A DNA stretch of 63,737 nucleotides, filler included, from Choristocarpus tenellus KU-1152 (Eukaryota; Protista; Phaeophyceae): NCBI GenBank assembly GCA_964200185.2. It is 12 parts of 12 records of this genome, joined end to end, with 100 filler letters (N's around TTAATTAATTAA, not from the genome) between each part and the next. Parts side by side here need not be neighbours in the genome. Positions count along the whole stretch, not along the records: positions 20,524 to 27,067 come from CAXNAD020007895.1; positions 27,168 to 31,312 come from CAXNAD020015989.1; positions 31,413 to 34,221 come from CAXNAD020024568.1; positions 34,322 to 39,353 come from CAXNAD020012111.1; 8 more parts are not named here. One strand, 5' to 3'. The notes below the pieces were generated by a model. It saw only the letters and a list, made by a program, of their open reading frames with translations, had not been told where the DNA came from and searched no databases. The position numbers were made by a program, and so were the translations under genes. Positions 25,178 through 37,323 of the stretch are shown here, piece after piece; within the stretch, counting starts at the first letter, position 1; every line of letters begins with the position of its first letter.

Positions 25178-25647
25178 TCATGGCTGAAGGTCACAGAAGT
25201 CGCCCGAAAGGCCAACAATTTCAGAGTCTTCCTCATTGAAGATGTTGGCGCAGTTCCCAGGCTATCATTTGAGGTTTGGACACATGTAACAAAGGGCAAA
25301 GAGCAAAAGGTGGGATCACATTATTGTAGGCAGCCTGCCCTAACAGAGAAGATCGGGAGGGTGGAAAACAATCCATTCACCATAAGCTACATAGGCGATG
25401 CAAACAGCAAGCAAGCTCCAACTGTTGGGTTCTCAAGATCTCACCACTTTGGGCTACTAATGTCTGTCGGTGTGTGAATCCACCCATGCCTGAATCTTTT
25501 CATAGGCCATTCGATCTACTCACCTGAGCTTTGTTGTCAATGAAGACGGGATCTGCACCATTGAAGCTGATTTTGCCACCAACAGAGTTGGCAATGGCCC
25601 CACCGTTGTCAGCTTCATTTTTCTTGAATTTGGATCCACTGATGAAG
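25178..25647 (-). CDS. 3' end of a polymorphic-membrane-protein-like (FxxN/GGAI beta-helix) protein. Exons 25647-25524 and 25261-25178 (stop)
   Basis: Spliced FISGSKFKKNEADNGGAIANSVGGKISFNGADPVFIDNKAQ|PGNCANIFNEEDSEIVGLSGDFCDLQP*, with CAG/GTGAG/TAG borders and phase 0. FxxNxA-GGAI repeats. Confidence 0.7.
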
Positions 25648-25851
25648 CTGATTGGCCGAAAACAAAGAGTTTGAGATAGGTAAGGACCAATAATAGGTCA
25701 TGGAAATGAATACACACCTCCAGCATTTACGAGGAATGCTATAGATGATACCATAAGAGACTGTAGCATTAGTTGCTGACTTAGGGTTAGGGTTAGGGTT
25801 GAAAGATTCGACACAACCTATGACTAACGGTGTTTCTGTACGGCATTCCTT

Positions 25852-26443
25852 GTTAGAACATTAGTCAAACCCCGGTGTCTACCGAGCAGATAGTCAGCCG
25901 ACTTGCCGAAGATGGTCACTGATTAGAGGGATAGCAACCCTCGGGCGAAACCTCATCAAGTCTGAACAGATTGCGATCCCCGGGATTAGCTATTGTCAGA
26001 GTTAGAATGTTAGTAAACCCCAGTGTCTACGGAGCAGATGGTCAGCTGACTGACTGCTCGGTAGACACAGGCGTTTACTAATATGTTCTAACATTGCTAT
26101 GCACAGATCGTTCGAAATTCCCAAGCGTGTGACCACGTCCCCACGCGTCGTACGTAACACAAGGGATGAAAGAAGAAATACCAACAGAAAAAGTAGGGGG
26201 CAGGGACCCAGGAATGAAGCTTCAGCCGTCGGATGGACCTAATCGTTTCGGAGAACGTGTGGACTGGTACCAAGATCCAATTCCTGAAAGAGGGGAACAC
26301 CAATGTCTAATTCCGGAAAAGAAAAAAACACATTCAACAGGGCACTGTCTCACTCCATAGCGTAGCCTAACAGCTTGTGGTCCCTGGGATTAGCTTTTGT
26401 TAGAACATTAGTAAACCCCTGAGCTACCCAGCAGGTAGTCAGC
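25852..26443. repeat. Local ~50-bp repeat at 25852, 26001 and 26399; the middle copy is fused to its inverse, giving a 92-bp palindrome (26001-26092)
   Basis: GTTAGAA..TTAGTAAAC..GTGTCTAC.GAGCAG..GTCAG|CTGAC..CTGCTC.GTAGACAC..GTTTACTAA..TTCTAAC. Confidence 0.85.
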
Positions 26444-26475
26444 TTAGTAAACCCTTGACTCATAACACTAAACAA

Positions 26476-26656
26476 GGCTCGAAGCATCTTAAGGGGGGGG
26501 TCTACACCAGGGTGTCCATTTGGACCATAACCAGGAAAAGTGTACTTACACTATCCATCCGAGACGTGCAATCCAAATCACCTAAAAATCGTGACACGGA
26601 AAAATGGACCCCAAATGGACAGCCGCCACTCCCCCCTCCCCGACATACTTTGAGTC
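26476..26656 (+). mobile_element. MITE family B, full length (~180 bp)
   Basis: GGCTCGAAGCATCT ... ACATACTTTGAGTC; flanks caa/caa. Confidence 0.85.
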
Positions 26657-26860
26657 CAACGACAAAGATGCATCTCACCCATGGTACTGGACCCTTTCTG
26701 TGTTTGACAACGGCGTTGCGCGCTCACTCTTTTCATTTCTTAACCACATCGACTAAACTGTAGTGTCTGAAAACAATGGACAAAACTACTTGTCCCCAAC
26801 ATTGCAGGCTATCGTCTGAGGATCTTCAAGAAGTAATGGTAGTCACAGTCTACATACAGT

Positions 26861-27067
26861 GACCCAAAGTATCTATGGGGGGGAGGGGAGGGGAGGGGAG
26901 GGGGGTCTACACCAGGGTGTCCATTTGGGGCCATAGCCAGGAAACATGCACCTACATTATCCATCCGATGTATGCAACCAAATCACACAAAAATCACGAC
27001 ATTAAAAAATCAGTCCCAAATGGACAGCTGCCACTCCCCAAAACCCACCCCCCCCCCCACCCCACAC
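26861..27067 (+). mobile_element. MITE family B, cut by contig end
   Basis: GACCCAAAGTATCT, G-run, gtctacaccagggtgtccatttgg... Confidence 0.85.
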
Positions 27068-27799
27068 NNNNNNNNNNNNNNNNNNNNNNNNNNNNNNNNN
27101 NNNNNNNNNNNTTAATTAATTAANNNNNNNNNNNNNNNNNNNNNNNNNNNNNNNNNNNNNNNNNNNNTACAAAAATGAAGTGGTTGGCTGAATTTCCAGC
27201 AAAAAACGGGTCCGGGTTAGGCCCCTCTCAACTTACGGTGCGAGTGTGGAAAATACCGAAGGAAAAGCAAGATTCTCAGACATCCTTTTAACGCCTTTTG
27301 CAGACTTTCAGTGAACACACACACAGGTGACCCACACAGCAGTATGAACCACGACACTGAGAAAAGGAGAGCCACCGAGGCCACTCTGCCCCCTAGATCT
27401 ACCCTCGGCACCTTCTCTGTCGAGAGGCAACAAAAAAACAAGTACCGTGTGACATTCGGTGCGATGTTAGGCAACGAGAAAGTGCGTGTGCTGTGGCGGA
27501 GAAGCATGATCAAATTGCGCAATGGACCACACGGCCGCAACACTGACGCTGAGAGAAGATGAATGGAAAGCATTACCACACGAACGTTGTTGGATCTTCA
27601 ATCACGTCAGAGCACTGCTCTGCAGTCTCTGCCGCCTCGGGAAAGAAGGAAGAGAGCAGCGAGCCCATCACCAGGTGTGGTGCAGTGACGAAGTCTGTGG
27701 GGAAGCCTGGTGACGGTGGGCGAAAGGAGAACCAGAGTGACCAGCCGAAGGGAAGGTTGGGGAGGAGAATAGTGCGACTGGGTGCCATTGCACTCAGGA

Positions 27800-28253
27800 A
27801 ACGCCTAAGTGAAAACCCGGGTGTAGAACATCTTATGAGTCGACAGTTGCAGCAGGCCCTAGCTGTTTGGAAACAATGTGAGCAGTCAGAGTGGCTTAGG
27901 GTTGGATTACAAGGGTTCTGAAGCCCGAAAGAAGGTCACCCATTTCCGGCGCTCAATGAGGAAATGCGATAGTAGAGGCTCTAACACTGCGAATCCTGTA
28001 CCTGTCTATGGACAACGGGAAAGACCGTCAAACAGTGCTTGAGATGGCAGCAGGATAATATGCAATGGTCAGGTCGGAAACTGTGAGTAAATGGGAGAGA
28101 GACTTCCTAACTAAGGGCCATATCAAGGTGTCGGAGCAAGGGCGAGACGAGAGGCGTTTCCTTCTGGTCCTCGACGCGGAAATCCTTGCCGAGGTCAAAC
28201 AGTGGGCCCGTGAACACACAGGAAGAAGGGGTGGGGAGGCTTTTCCCGTCTAA
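27800..28253 (+). pseudogene. Decayed DNA-transposase N-terminal fragment (IS630/Tc1/mariner-superfamily-like)
   Basis: SETVSKWERDFLTKGHIKVSEQGRDERRFLLVLDAEILAEVKQWAREH resembles the T+xxWxxxFxxxGxxxxSxQGxxxR...WxR segment that precedes the DDE domain in some ITm transposases. No DDE domain present. Confidence 0.45.
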
Positions 28254-29265
28254 ACCCTATACTTTTAACCAAGTAATCGTATATCTGTTGGCACTCTCGG
28301 CGATGTACAATCCAGGGTTCGAACCTCAGTATGACTTGTCTTTCTTCAAAAAAAGAAAAAAAAGGCGAAGAACAAACGAAGCCGGTGGTCTGGAGGGCAT
28401 TGTGGCAGGCATCGCGAATATACTTTTATTTTTTAAATCCGATGTCTACATCAAAAGGTATGACGGGACAACCCCAGACGCATAAGGTATTGATACCCAC
28501 TACAGTTAAGTTATGGTATTGAGAATGTGATACATGTGATCATAGTGCGAATCATGTGTATAGAGTACTTATCATATTATGTTTACTATTTGGCCTTCTG
28601 ACAATTCGTATTTGTCACTTGTTACACTATTTTATCCTCGAACATTTTGCAGATGTATTATTGTATGATGTTTTGAATCTGAAGTACCTCTTTCTTAGAC
28701 ACTATATTACTGTGTATCGAAAGAGGTCTATATTCTTCGACTTCAAAACCATCCCATGAAGTCTCAAGATGCAGTGCACACACTTATACGGAGGAATAAC
28801 TGGTATAATGGCTCGTAGTTCGATAGTGTCTAAAGAGAATCACAAGTAACAAAAAGTAGTACATAGAAGTCAGAACCTCATCAACTCGCCGCCCTACACA
28901 TCAGTTGTCCACTACTCACACACACCGTTGAGGTTGGTCGTTCTCTTCAGCGAAGCAACGAGCAGTACTGGGTCCAAAATGTCTATTTTGCGCGTGCTGC
29001 GGATCGTCTTCCTGGTATTGTCTGTTGTGATAGTTTGGTATTGTAGCGTGCCCGATTGTTGCCACTTGGCCTTGCCTTCATATTATCGGCTGCAACCTTT
29101 GAACTGCTGCCCAGAGTACAGAGCAGGGTAGGCATGTATGGTACGAATGAAGGATTGGGTGGATATCCTTGTCCGCTGACAGGCCCTGCTACTCGTGCGA
29201 AGGGGTGTAGTTTGTATTTTTCTTCTTTTTTTTTCTCTCTCTCTCCTACCAATTGTTTACAGACC

Positions 29266-30380
29266 TTCCACAGTAATATGAGAAGGTTCGCCTCGGTCTC
29301 GTTCTTTTCTTTCCCAGACTCCACTGTAGTCATGAACACCGAAGTACATATTGTAGCATCAAGGGCACGTCCACCACGCTTGGTGGAAATGCGGCTTGGG
29401 TAAGGCCCCTTCTCGTGTCCATTCTTACCACGTCTGACCCAAAGTATCTGAGGGGGACGGGGGATGGTCTACACCAAGGTGTCCATTTGGGTCAAAATCA
29501 GGAAAAGTGTATTTACATTATCCATCCGATGCATACAACCAAATCACCCAAAAATCGCGACATGACCCAAATGGACAGGTGCCACCCCCCCCAGATACTT
29601 TGAGCCATCTCTCACGAGGAATCATCTCGGAACGTTTAGGGTTGGAATTAGAACCATTTTTCTTTCTTCCACTATGAAATTTACGTTCGGCCCCACGACC
29701 TTGTCCATTATGATGAGACTGACTCTTCCCCTGTGATGAGACTGCTAACAACCAAAGCGTGCCTATTCTTGTGTCTTGAGTCCTTCCCCTCATGAAGGGA
29801 AGGATATCGCTCTCTAGCAGTTTTCTCTACGTCTGCTCGACATAGTGCCCACTGTGAGGCCATAATGCGTATCTCAGTATCGTAATCTGATCCGAGAGCA
29901 CTCAGAAACTGTAGGGGTAACAGTTTGTCCGAGATGACGAGGTCCATTGATAGCATCCTCTCTCGTAGCTCCTCCAAGTGGTTTAAGGTCAGAATCGGAT
30001 TCGGCCCCCTCTCCACTTTCGAAGTGAAAAACTCACGGAACAAATGTTGGCTATTACCCACTGTATTAGGCTTGAACCAATTATCTATTGCACGGAAAAC
30101 CTCGCTCGGGCTTTAGTACATATAGCAGAGCGCCCTGGTGATGGATGTGACGAGAGCAACGGTAAGTGCATGGTAAGCCTCTTGAGCCATCCAGATATCA
30201 TTCGCACTTTACCGTCCGAGAGAAGTTCCTCGTAGGAGCGTTCTTGGTTGACTGGTCTTTCACTTGTCAATGCGCCCAGGCAATGAGTATATCGCTAGTG
30301 CACGACGAAGCGCCTCCGCCAGTCCTGGTAGTCCGAGTCGTCCAATAGTTTCGGTGGCTGGGTCCTGGATCTCATAATCT
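29266..30380 (-). mobile_element. Ty1/copia retrotransposon remnant (gag with zinc knuckles), interrupted by a MITE. PBS-like motif ~30365-30380; possible LTR ~30381-30720
   Basis: DDSDYQDWRRRF gag start; LQFLSALGSDYD; near-identical to 63100-63737. Minus-strand AGATTATGAGATCCAG resembles the copia GGTTATGGGCCCAG-type primer site. Confidence 0.8.
29436..29606 (+). mobile_element. MITE family B inserted into the copia gag zinc knuckle, with a 4-bp TSD
   Basis: gtct|GACCCAAAGTATCT...AGATACTTTGAGCC|atct; the empty site cttaccgcATCTctcac is present at about 63259-63275. Confidence 0.92.
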
Positions 30381-30993
30381 AAGGGCGAACAATATGTGCG
30401 CCTGACCCCAAGCTCTCCGAAGAACCGGACCTCCGGCTCACCCCACTTCTGACGCTCACAGCATCTAAACTGTTTCCTCTCTCTGGGAATTTTTCCTCAA
30501 CGTGGGTTCCATAGGACCCACTTCGACTGGTACTTGCCCAGTCGGAGGCCGTGTGCTGGGCACAGTGGCCTGGACGACAAGATTATTTCCGTCGCCGACT
30601 CTAACAAATTGCAACATGAGATTGCCAACGTTTCTTGACAGATCCGTGTCGAAGAACTTGGCACATATAAGGCTTGTCGCCGAAAGCTAGTACTTGAGTT
30701 ACATGGTAAGACATACACCAAATATTAATTGTCCACTGGGCCTTTGTCTTAGCCATCAATTATCTCTCTGATGGATGACCAAAGACTGACCCATCATACC
30801 GCTATGCACGTTTCTACATTGTATTGTACCGAACTAAAGATTAACCTAAATGAAACCTATGTTATATACTTATATCAGCACAGATAAAACAAGTATTAAC
30901 TCTCAAATAATCGCATTAACAAACACACACACACACACACACACACACATGTTACCTTGCATGTGTTAAAGTATCCCCAAAATCATCAAAGAG

Positions 30994-31248
30994 GAGTGAA
31001 AGTGTCTTAGAGGGTACGAATTTTGCCCTGTTTGTCCATTTGGGGCTTGGCTTCCCTCGATTTTTTATGACATTTTACCTACTCCAAAAGGTTTGGGAGA
31101 AGAAAAATGTCTACGTTATGAAAAGGAGTGTCCGGAACAAGGATATTGACATCTCCAAACAAACATGATAGCCAAATTACATCAAATTGCAACATTGGAT
31201 TTTGGCCCCCAAATGGACGCGACTCTACCCTCTAAGATACTTTGACTC
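30994..31248. mobile_element. MITE family A, full length, 4-bp TSD agag
   Basis: agag|GAGTGAAAGTGTCTTAGAGGGTAC ... TACCCTCTAAGATACTTTGACTC|agag. Confidence 0.9.
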
Positions 31249-31653
31249 AGAGGATAAAGGTGATAAACGCGGCGAGATTGCTTGGTGTCTGTAGAGTGAT
31301 TGATTATATTTANNNNNNNNNNNNNNNNNNNNNNNNNNNNNNNNNNNNNNNNNNNNTTAATTAATTAANNNNNNNNNNNNNNNNNNNNNNNNNNNNNNNN
31401 NNNNNNNNNNNNAAAGAGGAACTTCAAAAAAACGTTTATGGGAAAGGAAACAAAGAATAAAAAAAAAAAGGAGGGGAGGGGGTGGGGGGGTTTAACTGAT
31501 TGGAATGACAGCATGGGGTTAAACATTGTCAACAAAATATGAAGGTACATCCAATGCATACACCCAATGCACACAGTTGGTTTGGCTTCAAAAGACGTGT
31601 CCCACCACCGATGACCAAAGATTTCGAATAAATCGTATCCCTTTTTAACACAC

Positions 31654-32629
31654 CAAAGATTTCGAGATCAAACAGTCAAACAGCACCAGGTGGAAAGTGT
31701 CCACCAGAGAGGGAGGAAGAGCAGTACTTCTTCCAGATGACAGAAGGAATACTAAAGATGAAGGTGTTCCACTCTTCAGATACTGAACCTTACAAATACA
31801 AACACAACACACACACACACACACACACATATTTCACCTGAGAAGACTGGGCCTGTTCATATACAGTTCCATTTAGCAATATCGACATTTACCTCGAAAG
31901 CATTAGGACAGAGTATTACATGGCACAAAACGTATTGATGGTGACCCTTCCTATTACATAGCAGAGATCGAGCGGCAAGGTCACAATATTTTATTTTATA
32001 CGCCATTTCATTTACGTAACTTCATCCGACACACATATATATATCAGAATATATATATCTTCAGAACTTTTTTTTCGTTCTCGGAGTGACTGATTGATAC
32101 ACTGTAGAACCAAACTACCGTACCTACCTACTCGGAGAGAGGCTATATAGATATAATTTTTACGTATTTGTTTTTATATATATATGTATTTTTGAGGTGT
32201 GCTAGTCGTCTCGTGCGTTTAGAAATCCCGAAAAAAACGCACATGGTGCTACTCTCCCACAAAACCGAAAATTTATCCTTTCTGTAATTTAAGATCTGTT
32301 TTTACTTCAATAGAAAACAAAAACAAAATACATACAACCCGTATCCCCATACATAAAAGTCCCCATTACAATGACGTCATAGTTCCGAATCGACCAACAA
32401 ACTACTTATTCTGCAAATGTAGGAAGATCCTGCTGTGAACCAAGCGCACACTACTACACTTAACAAAGGTTCTATTATATATATTTGTCATAATAATAAT
32501 AATAATAATAATAATGGTATTGAAGATGACTGCACCACATCCACCAGAAATCATAGAGAGCAGTAATCTCTCACCCCTTCCCTCTTCTCCCTCTCACCTT
32601 CTCTCCAAGGATGAAGAAGATAACGCCAC
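31654..32629 (-). CDS. Two candidate internal exons of an unidentified gene (~32629-32598 and ~31788-31654)
   Basis: tag|..GVIFFILGEK|gtgag and aag|VQYLKSGTPSSLVFLLSSGRSTALPPSLVDTFHLVLFDCLISKSL|gt are phase-compatible. No recognisable domain. Confidence 0.3.
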
Positions 32630-33798
32630 CTACATATGCAACACCCCCCCCTGCCAAAAACATCAACAGACAAATGCACGGCATCGGTTGAGGTTGAAAG
32701 CATTATTATTATTATTATTATCATCATCATCATCATTTATTATTATTATTACTAACAATTGCTAATGCAGGATGTGAAGAGGGCACAGTAAAAAAACAAA
32801 ACTCCCAATATAAAACACAAAAAATATGTTAACAATTTAACTCACAGCGGGAGGCAAAACACTTGAGAAAATATCGGTATCAATAAAAAATTAGGATGGA
32901 CTCCGCCTGTCAATGAACCCACTAATACTTTAATAAAAAAATAAAGCAGCTACTACAAATATTTGCGTATGTTATATACACTGAGGGCAAAGAATAAAAA
33001 ATATAACATAATAAAATTATATATATACACAGAGAGAGAGAGAGAATGTAGTAAGCTCTCTACTTCAAAGTGTTACATACACAAGGGGGTATAAATGAAA
33101 CCGATATATATATATATGTAATCATCAGTGTCCTAACCCTAACCCTAACCCAAACCACCGGTGGAAGAGGAAAAAAAACAAACAGCACACTGAGAACCGC
33201 ACTACTACTACAAAACAACAACAATAATAATAATAAACAAAAATAAATATAATTTTAAAATTATCCACTTCTACGCCGCCCTGCCATCCACTTCTCTAAC
33301 GCACCCTCATCGTGATATTCAATACTATTCTATCCCCCCAGTGGATCCCTCTCTCTCCCTCGCCCACCCTCGTCCAATAACACACTGCACAAAATGCATT
33401 CACCCTAACCCTAACCCTAACGTCCAGAAATTACTCACCGCCTTTTTCCAATTCCCACCACATACCCTAACCCTAACCCTAAACATCATACACTTACGCA
33501 CTCAAAAAATACACAAAAATCTTGATGTCTTAGAAAAATAAAATAAAATAAAACTCATTTCAAGGAGGTACTGCCGTGTTTACACACAACAACAGTAAAG
33601 AAAATAATGCACAAAAATATACTATTTTATTATTTTCTGAGTCCCCCCCCCTACTACGGTCTCTCCTCGCCCTCCAGTCAGATTTATTTTATTTTATTTG
33701 TTGGTTTAGATCCATAAAAAATAAATAAATAGTAGATCACTGGCCTAACGTAGTATAACAATAATTATTCTCACACATAAAACAGAATGAGGTACCGA

Positions 33799-34125
33799 TA
33801 ATAATAATAATTCTACACCAAAAGAATCAATAGAAATAAAGTAAAAGCAATAATAATAATAATTCTACACCAAAAGAATCAATAGAAATAAAGTAATAGC
33901 AATAATAATAATAATTCTACACCAAAAGAATCAATAGAAATAAAGTAATAGCAATAATAATAATAATTTTACACCAACAGAATCAACAGAAATAACATAA
34001 TAGCAATAGCAATAGCAATAATGATAATATTACACCAACAGAATCAATCAAAAAGAAGTAATAGCAAAAGTAATGATAATATCACACCAACAGAATCAAT
34101 AACAATAACAATAATAATAATAATA
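33799..34125 (+). repeat. AT-rich minisatellite, ~50-55-bp unit (AATAATAATTCTACACCAAAAGAATCAATAGAAATAAAGTAATAGC), ~6 copies
   Basis: Direct tandem repeats that diverge towards the 3' end. Confidence 0.92.
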
Positions 34126-34321
34126 ATGATGATGATGACAATAGGATGAAGTCATAGCACATGTACACCCACTGCAACAACCCCCTCCCCCCCCCCCCCC
34201 CCCCCCACCCCCCCCCCACACNNNNNNNNNNNNNNNNNNNNNNNNNNNNNNNNNNNNNNNNNNNNTTAATTAATTAANNNNNNNNNNNNNNNNNNNNNNN
34301 NNNNNNNNNNNNNNNNNNNNN

Positions 34322-34514
34322 TAGGTGACTTGGAGTGCCCTTCCAAATCCCCCCTCCTTCACTCTTCCTGCTTGTTGACTCTTTTCCTGAGTGATCTTTT
34401 GAGGGATTGCTCTCCCTCTTTAAGTTTGTCTCTCTTTGACCTTTCCTCTTCTTGTAGGTCTCCCCGCTCCCCTTCATCCGAAGAACCGGTCGGCTTGTTT
34501 CCACCTGTTCCACA
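34322..34514 (-). repeat. Dispersed repeat family C (solo-LTR-like), cut by contig start
   Basis: Reverse complement matches 22163-22357. Confidence 0.65.
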
Positions 34515-35099
34515 GACTGACTAATCCAATAATAATACTCAAGTACTGAGTCTTACCACCAATCAGAACACATTAGGGCGAGAAGGGCTAAGAATATTGG
34601 ACGCCCAACGTCTTTCATGAAGTGGGACAGATTGTGACAATAGTCCCAAAAGAACTCAGTCAGGATCACATGTTTTGAGAGGCATTGCTAACTGCATTGA
34701 CAGGTGCCTACACTCACAAGAAAGGAGGTTGCACATACTATACAGTATGGAGGTGGGGTGCGAGGAGTTCAAAGTCATACTGTTGATGCTGAAGTCACGG
34801 ACGAAAATATAATGCTGTGGTCGAAGGTTGAAGAAGGGAGCACTTTACCAAATTCTGCATATTGTAGATATCTGTTGTCCGCGAAGGACTAGGGTATACG
34901 GTTGCTTGATGGAACTAACCAAAACATATGGCATGTGTAGCATCACTAGTCTTGACATCTGCTATTCAAGAATGCCACACAATGGGACACAAGTCTCTAC
35001 TTCAATGCCATACATACTACCAAACCCATTCCCAACTATGCTCCCGCTGCATCTAACTCCACTCCCAAGGTCTCTCCCGCGCTTTCTCGCTCCATCTCT

Positions 35100-35611
35100 T
35101 CAAGCATTCCTCTCCTGCCCTACAGCCTCCATTCCCGGAGCCTCATCTTCACCATCCACCCCCTCCATCTGACCCCTGCGACCACCAGCAAGACTCTCGT
35201 CCAATCCACCCATACTTGTAACACCTGGTCCAAATCCCTCTTCTAACATTTCATCAAGAGCAGCCGATGAGACTTCACCTACACTCTCTAATCCCCGGTT
35301 GTTCACCCTTGAAGTTGACAATACACCACCATCTCCTGGAACGACTTCACCCAGCTGCAACTCTGTTGCACCCCCCTCCGACTGCCCCTCCGAGTCACCC
35401 GCGAGGCGTACAGAGATCAGGTTTCCCATGACATGAGAGAGGCGAGGATGGGACGACAGAAATGACTTCGACTACAAAAATGGTGGATGGGGGGTGGGGG
35501 TGGGGGAATGAAGGGGAACGGGATGGGAGGGGAACGGAGAGGTTGTCAGCGCATGTGGAACTTCAAGATGATAAGACATCTTCTGAAGCGATCCGTGAGA
35601 GTAGAGCATTA

Positions 35612-35645
<34 letters not shown>

Positions 35646-37291
35646 CTTGGTGGAAGAGTACTATGTCAAACATTGAGGTCCTACTGGACAAACAGGGCAC
35701 TAGACCACAGGATAACCAGGAGAGCAAGACATACTGCTCGGATGTATAGCGATATTTCAACACTTAACAAAATCAGAGGCCAAAGAGCTACCTAACTTCA
35801 GTCTGTTGTTGGCCGTTACCCCAGTAATCGCATGCACTCCCCAGTTGGTCACCTCAATCTTCACATCTCCCAATCAACCCTCTCCCTTCATTGTCCCAAT
35901 GTAACCCTAACCCTTTGAGAAGTCGAGAAGTGGATGACCACGTGTCAAGATTTTGAATGCTCAACCCCTGATCTTGACAAGTATTGCACTCCTCTGATCA
36001 TGGAATTCTCAATCCCTTCAACTTTGACCGTATTTGGGCTGTAAGATTACATGATGAAAGTTTGGGGGCTTGTTGTTCTTCAACACCAATGGTCCAAATA
36101 ACGCCTGAGCCATCGTGTTCTGCAAGATTTGCTGTACGCTGCATAGCCTGCATGTAATCCCCGTTATCATGGCAACTTAGGTGCTCTTTGGTCTAAAATG
36201 TCCGTCAAGGGAAATACCCTTGGAAATCGGAGGTTGTGGGTTTGAATCCCAGGTGGACTGCTTTCTCATATGCTTCAAAGTGCTACATCGATGAAGATAC
36301 ACCCTTACGAGGCAAACTCTAACCCTAATCCTCACCCGAAAAATCGGAAGAACAAATCAACCCACAACGTTTGATTCCATGAAATATTTAGATGTCACTG
36401 TACCACAAGGACAATCGATCGTTCAATCAATCAAGTTATCACACACTGGGGAAGTAAGTGGTAAAAGTTTGGTTTACTACCCGGTGGCCAATAATGTAGG
36501 AAAAGTCACATCCTCTTCCTTACACAGCGTGCCAAACAGGGTAGACATGAGAAGAAGTACATCTGCCCCAAACAGCGGATACCAACCAAGACAAGGGCGA
36601 GGTCATAAGGCAAAAATCACACTACGCATCATGGTACAGCCCCAATCCCACCTCATCTTCACTACAGAATACACACCCCTCTCTTCTGTTCGAGAATTTT
36701 CTTATTATTATTATTCTTACTCTTACACCAATGTTATTAGTACTATTATTTTATTTATTTTTTGGCATCGGTGACAGTTTCTCACCCGATTCAGAGAATG
36801 CACCTGCATCAGTACAGTCAGCCCCTGGGTTTGGCAAGACCGGTGCTGGAAATTGAGAAGCGTTTTGATAAGAATCTTACACCAATACCTACAAACAGCC
36901 TATCATCAAGTGCAAAGCGTGGTGGAAGCCTGGCACCTCCATGCACAAAATGGTACGAAGAAGTGTACAACAGACTTCCGTCACCCTGCACCAGAAAACA
37001 CACAACGTGAGAAAGGAGATGACTCAAAAAGCCCTTGCTTCGAACAACTCTTGGCAAAGAATGCAATCGAACATTGTCAACCAAAAACAAACAAAACTAA
37101 ACCTCAGCCCCCACGAGTGCATCCTCTCACTCCACAGCACAAGAATGACTGCCCCCAGAGTCGCCACAGGGCAATTACCTACCACACCTCAACATAACCA
37201 AGCCTCTCAAAAGATTGCTTGCATCGTGTGCGCAAAAGAGGAAAAAAATAACCCTCCCCCCACCCCCCCCCCCCCCCCCCCCCCCCCCTCC

Positions 37292-37323
<32 letters not shown>

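Noticed and set aside
28285-28335. tRNA gene suggested by GGTTCGAACC
   Set aside because: B-box-like only; no convincing cloverleaf or acceptor stem.
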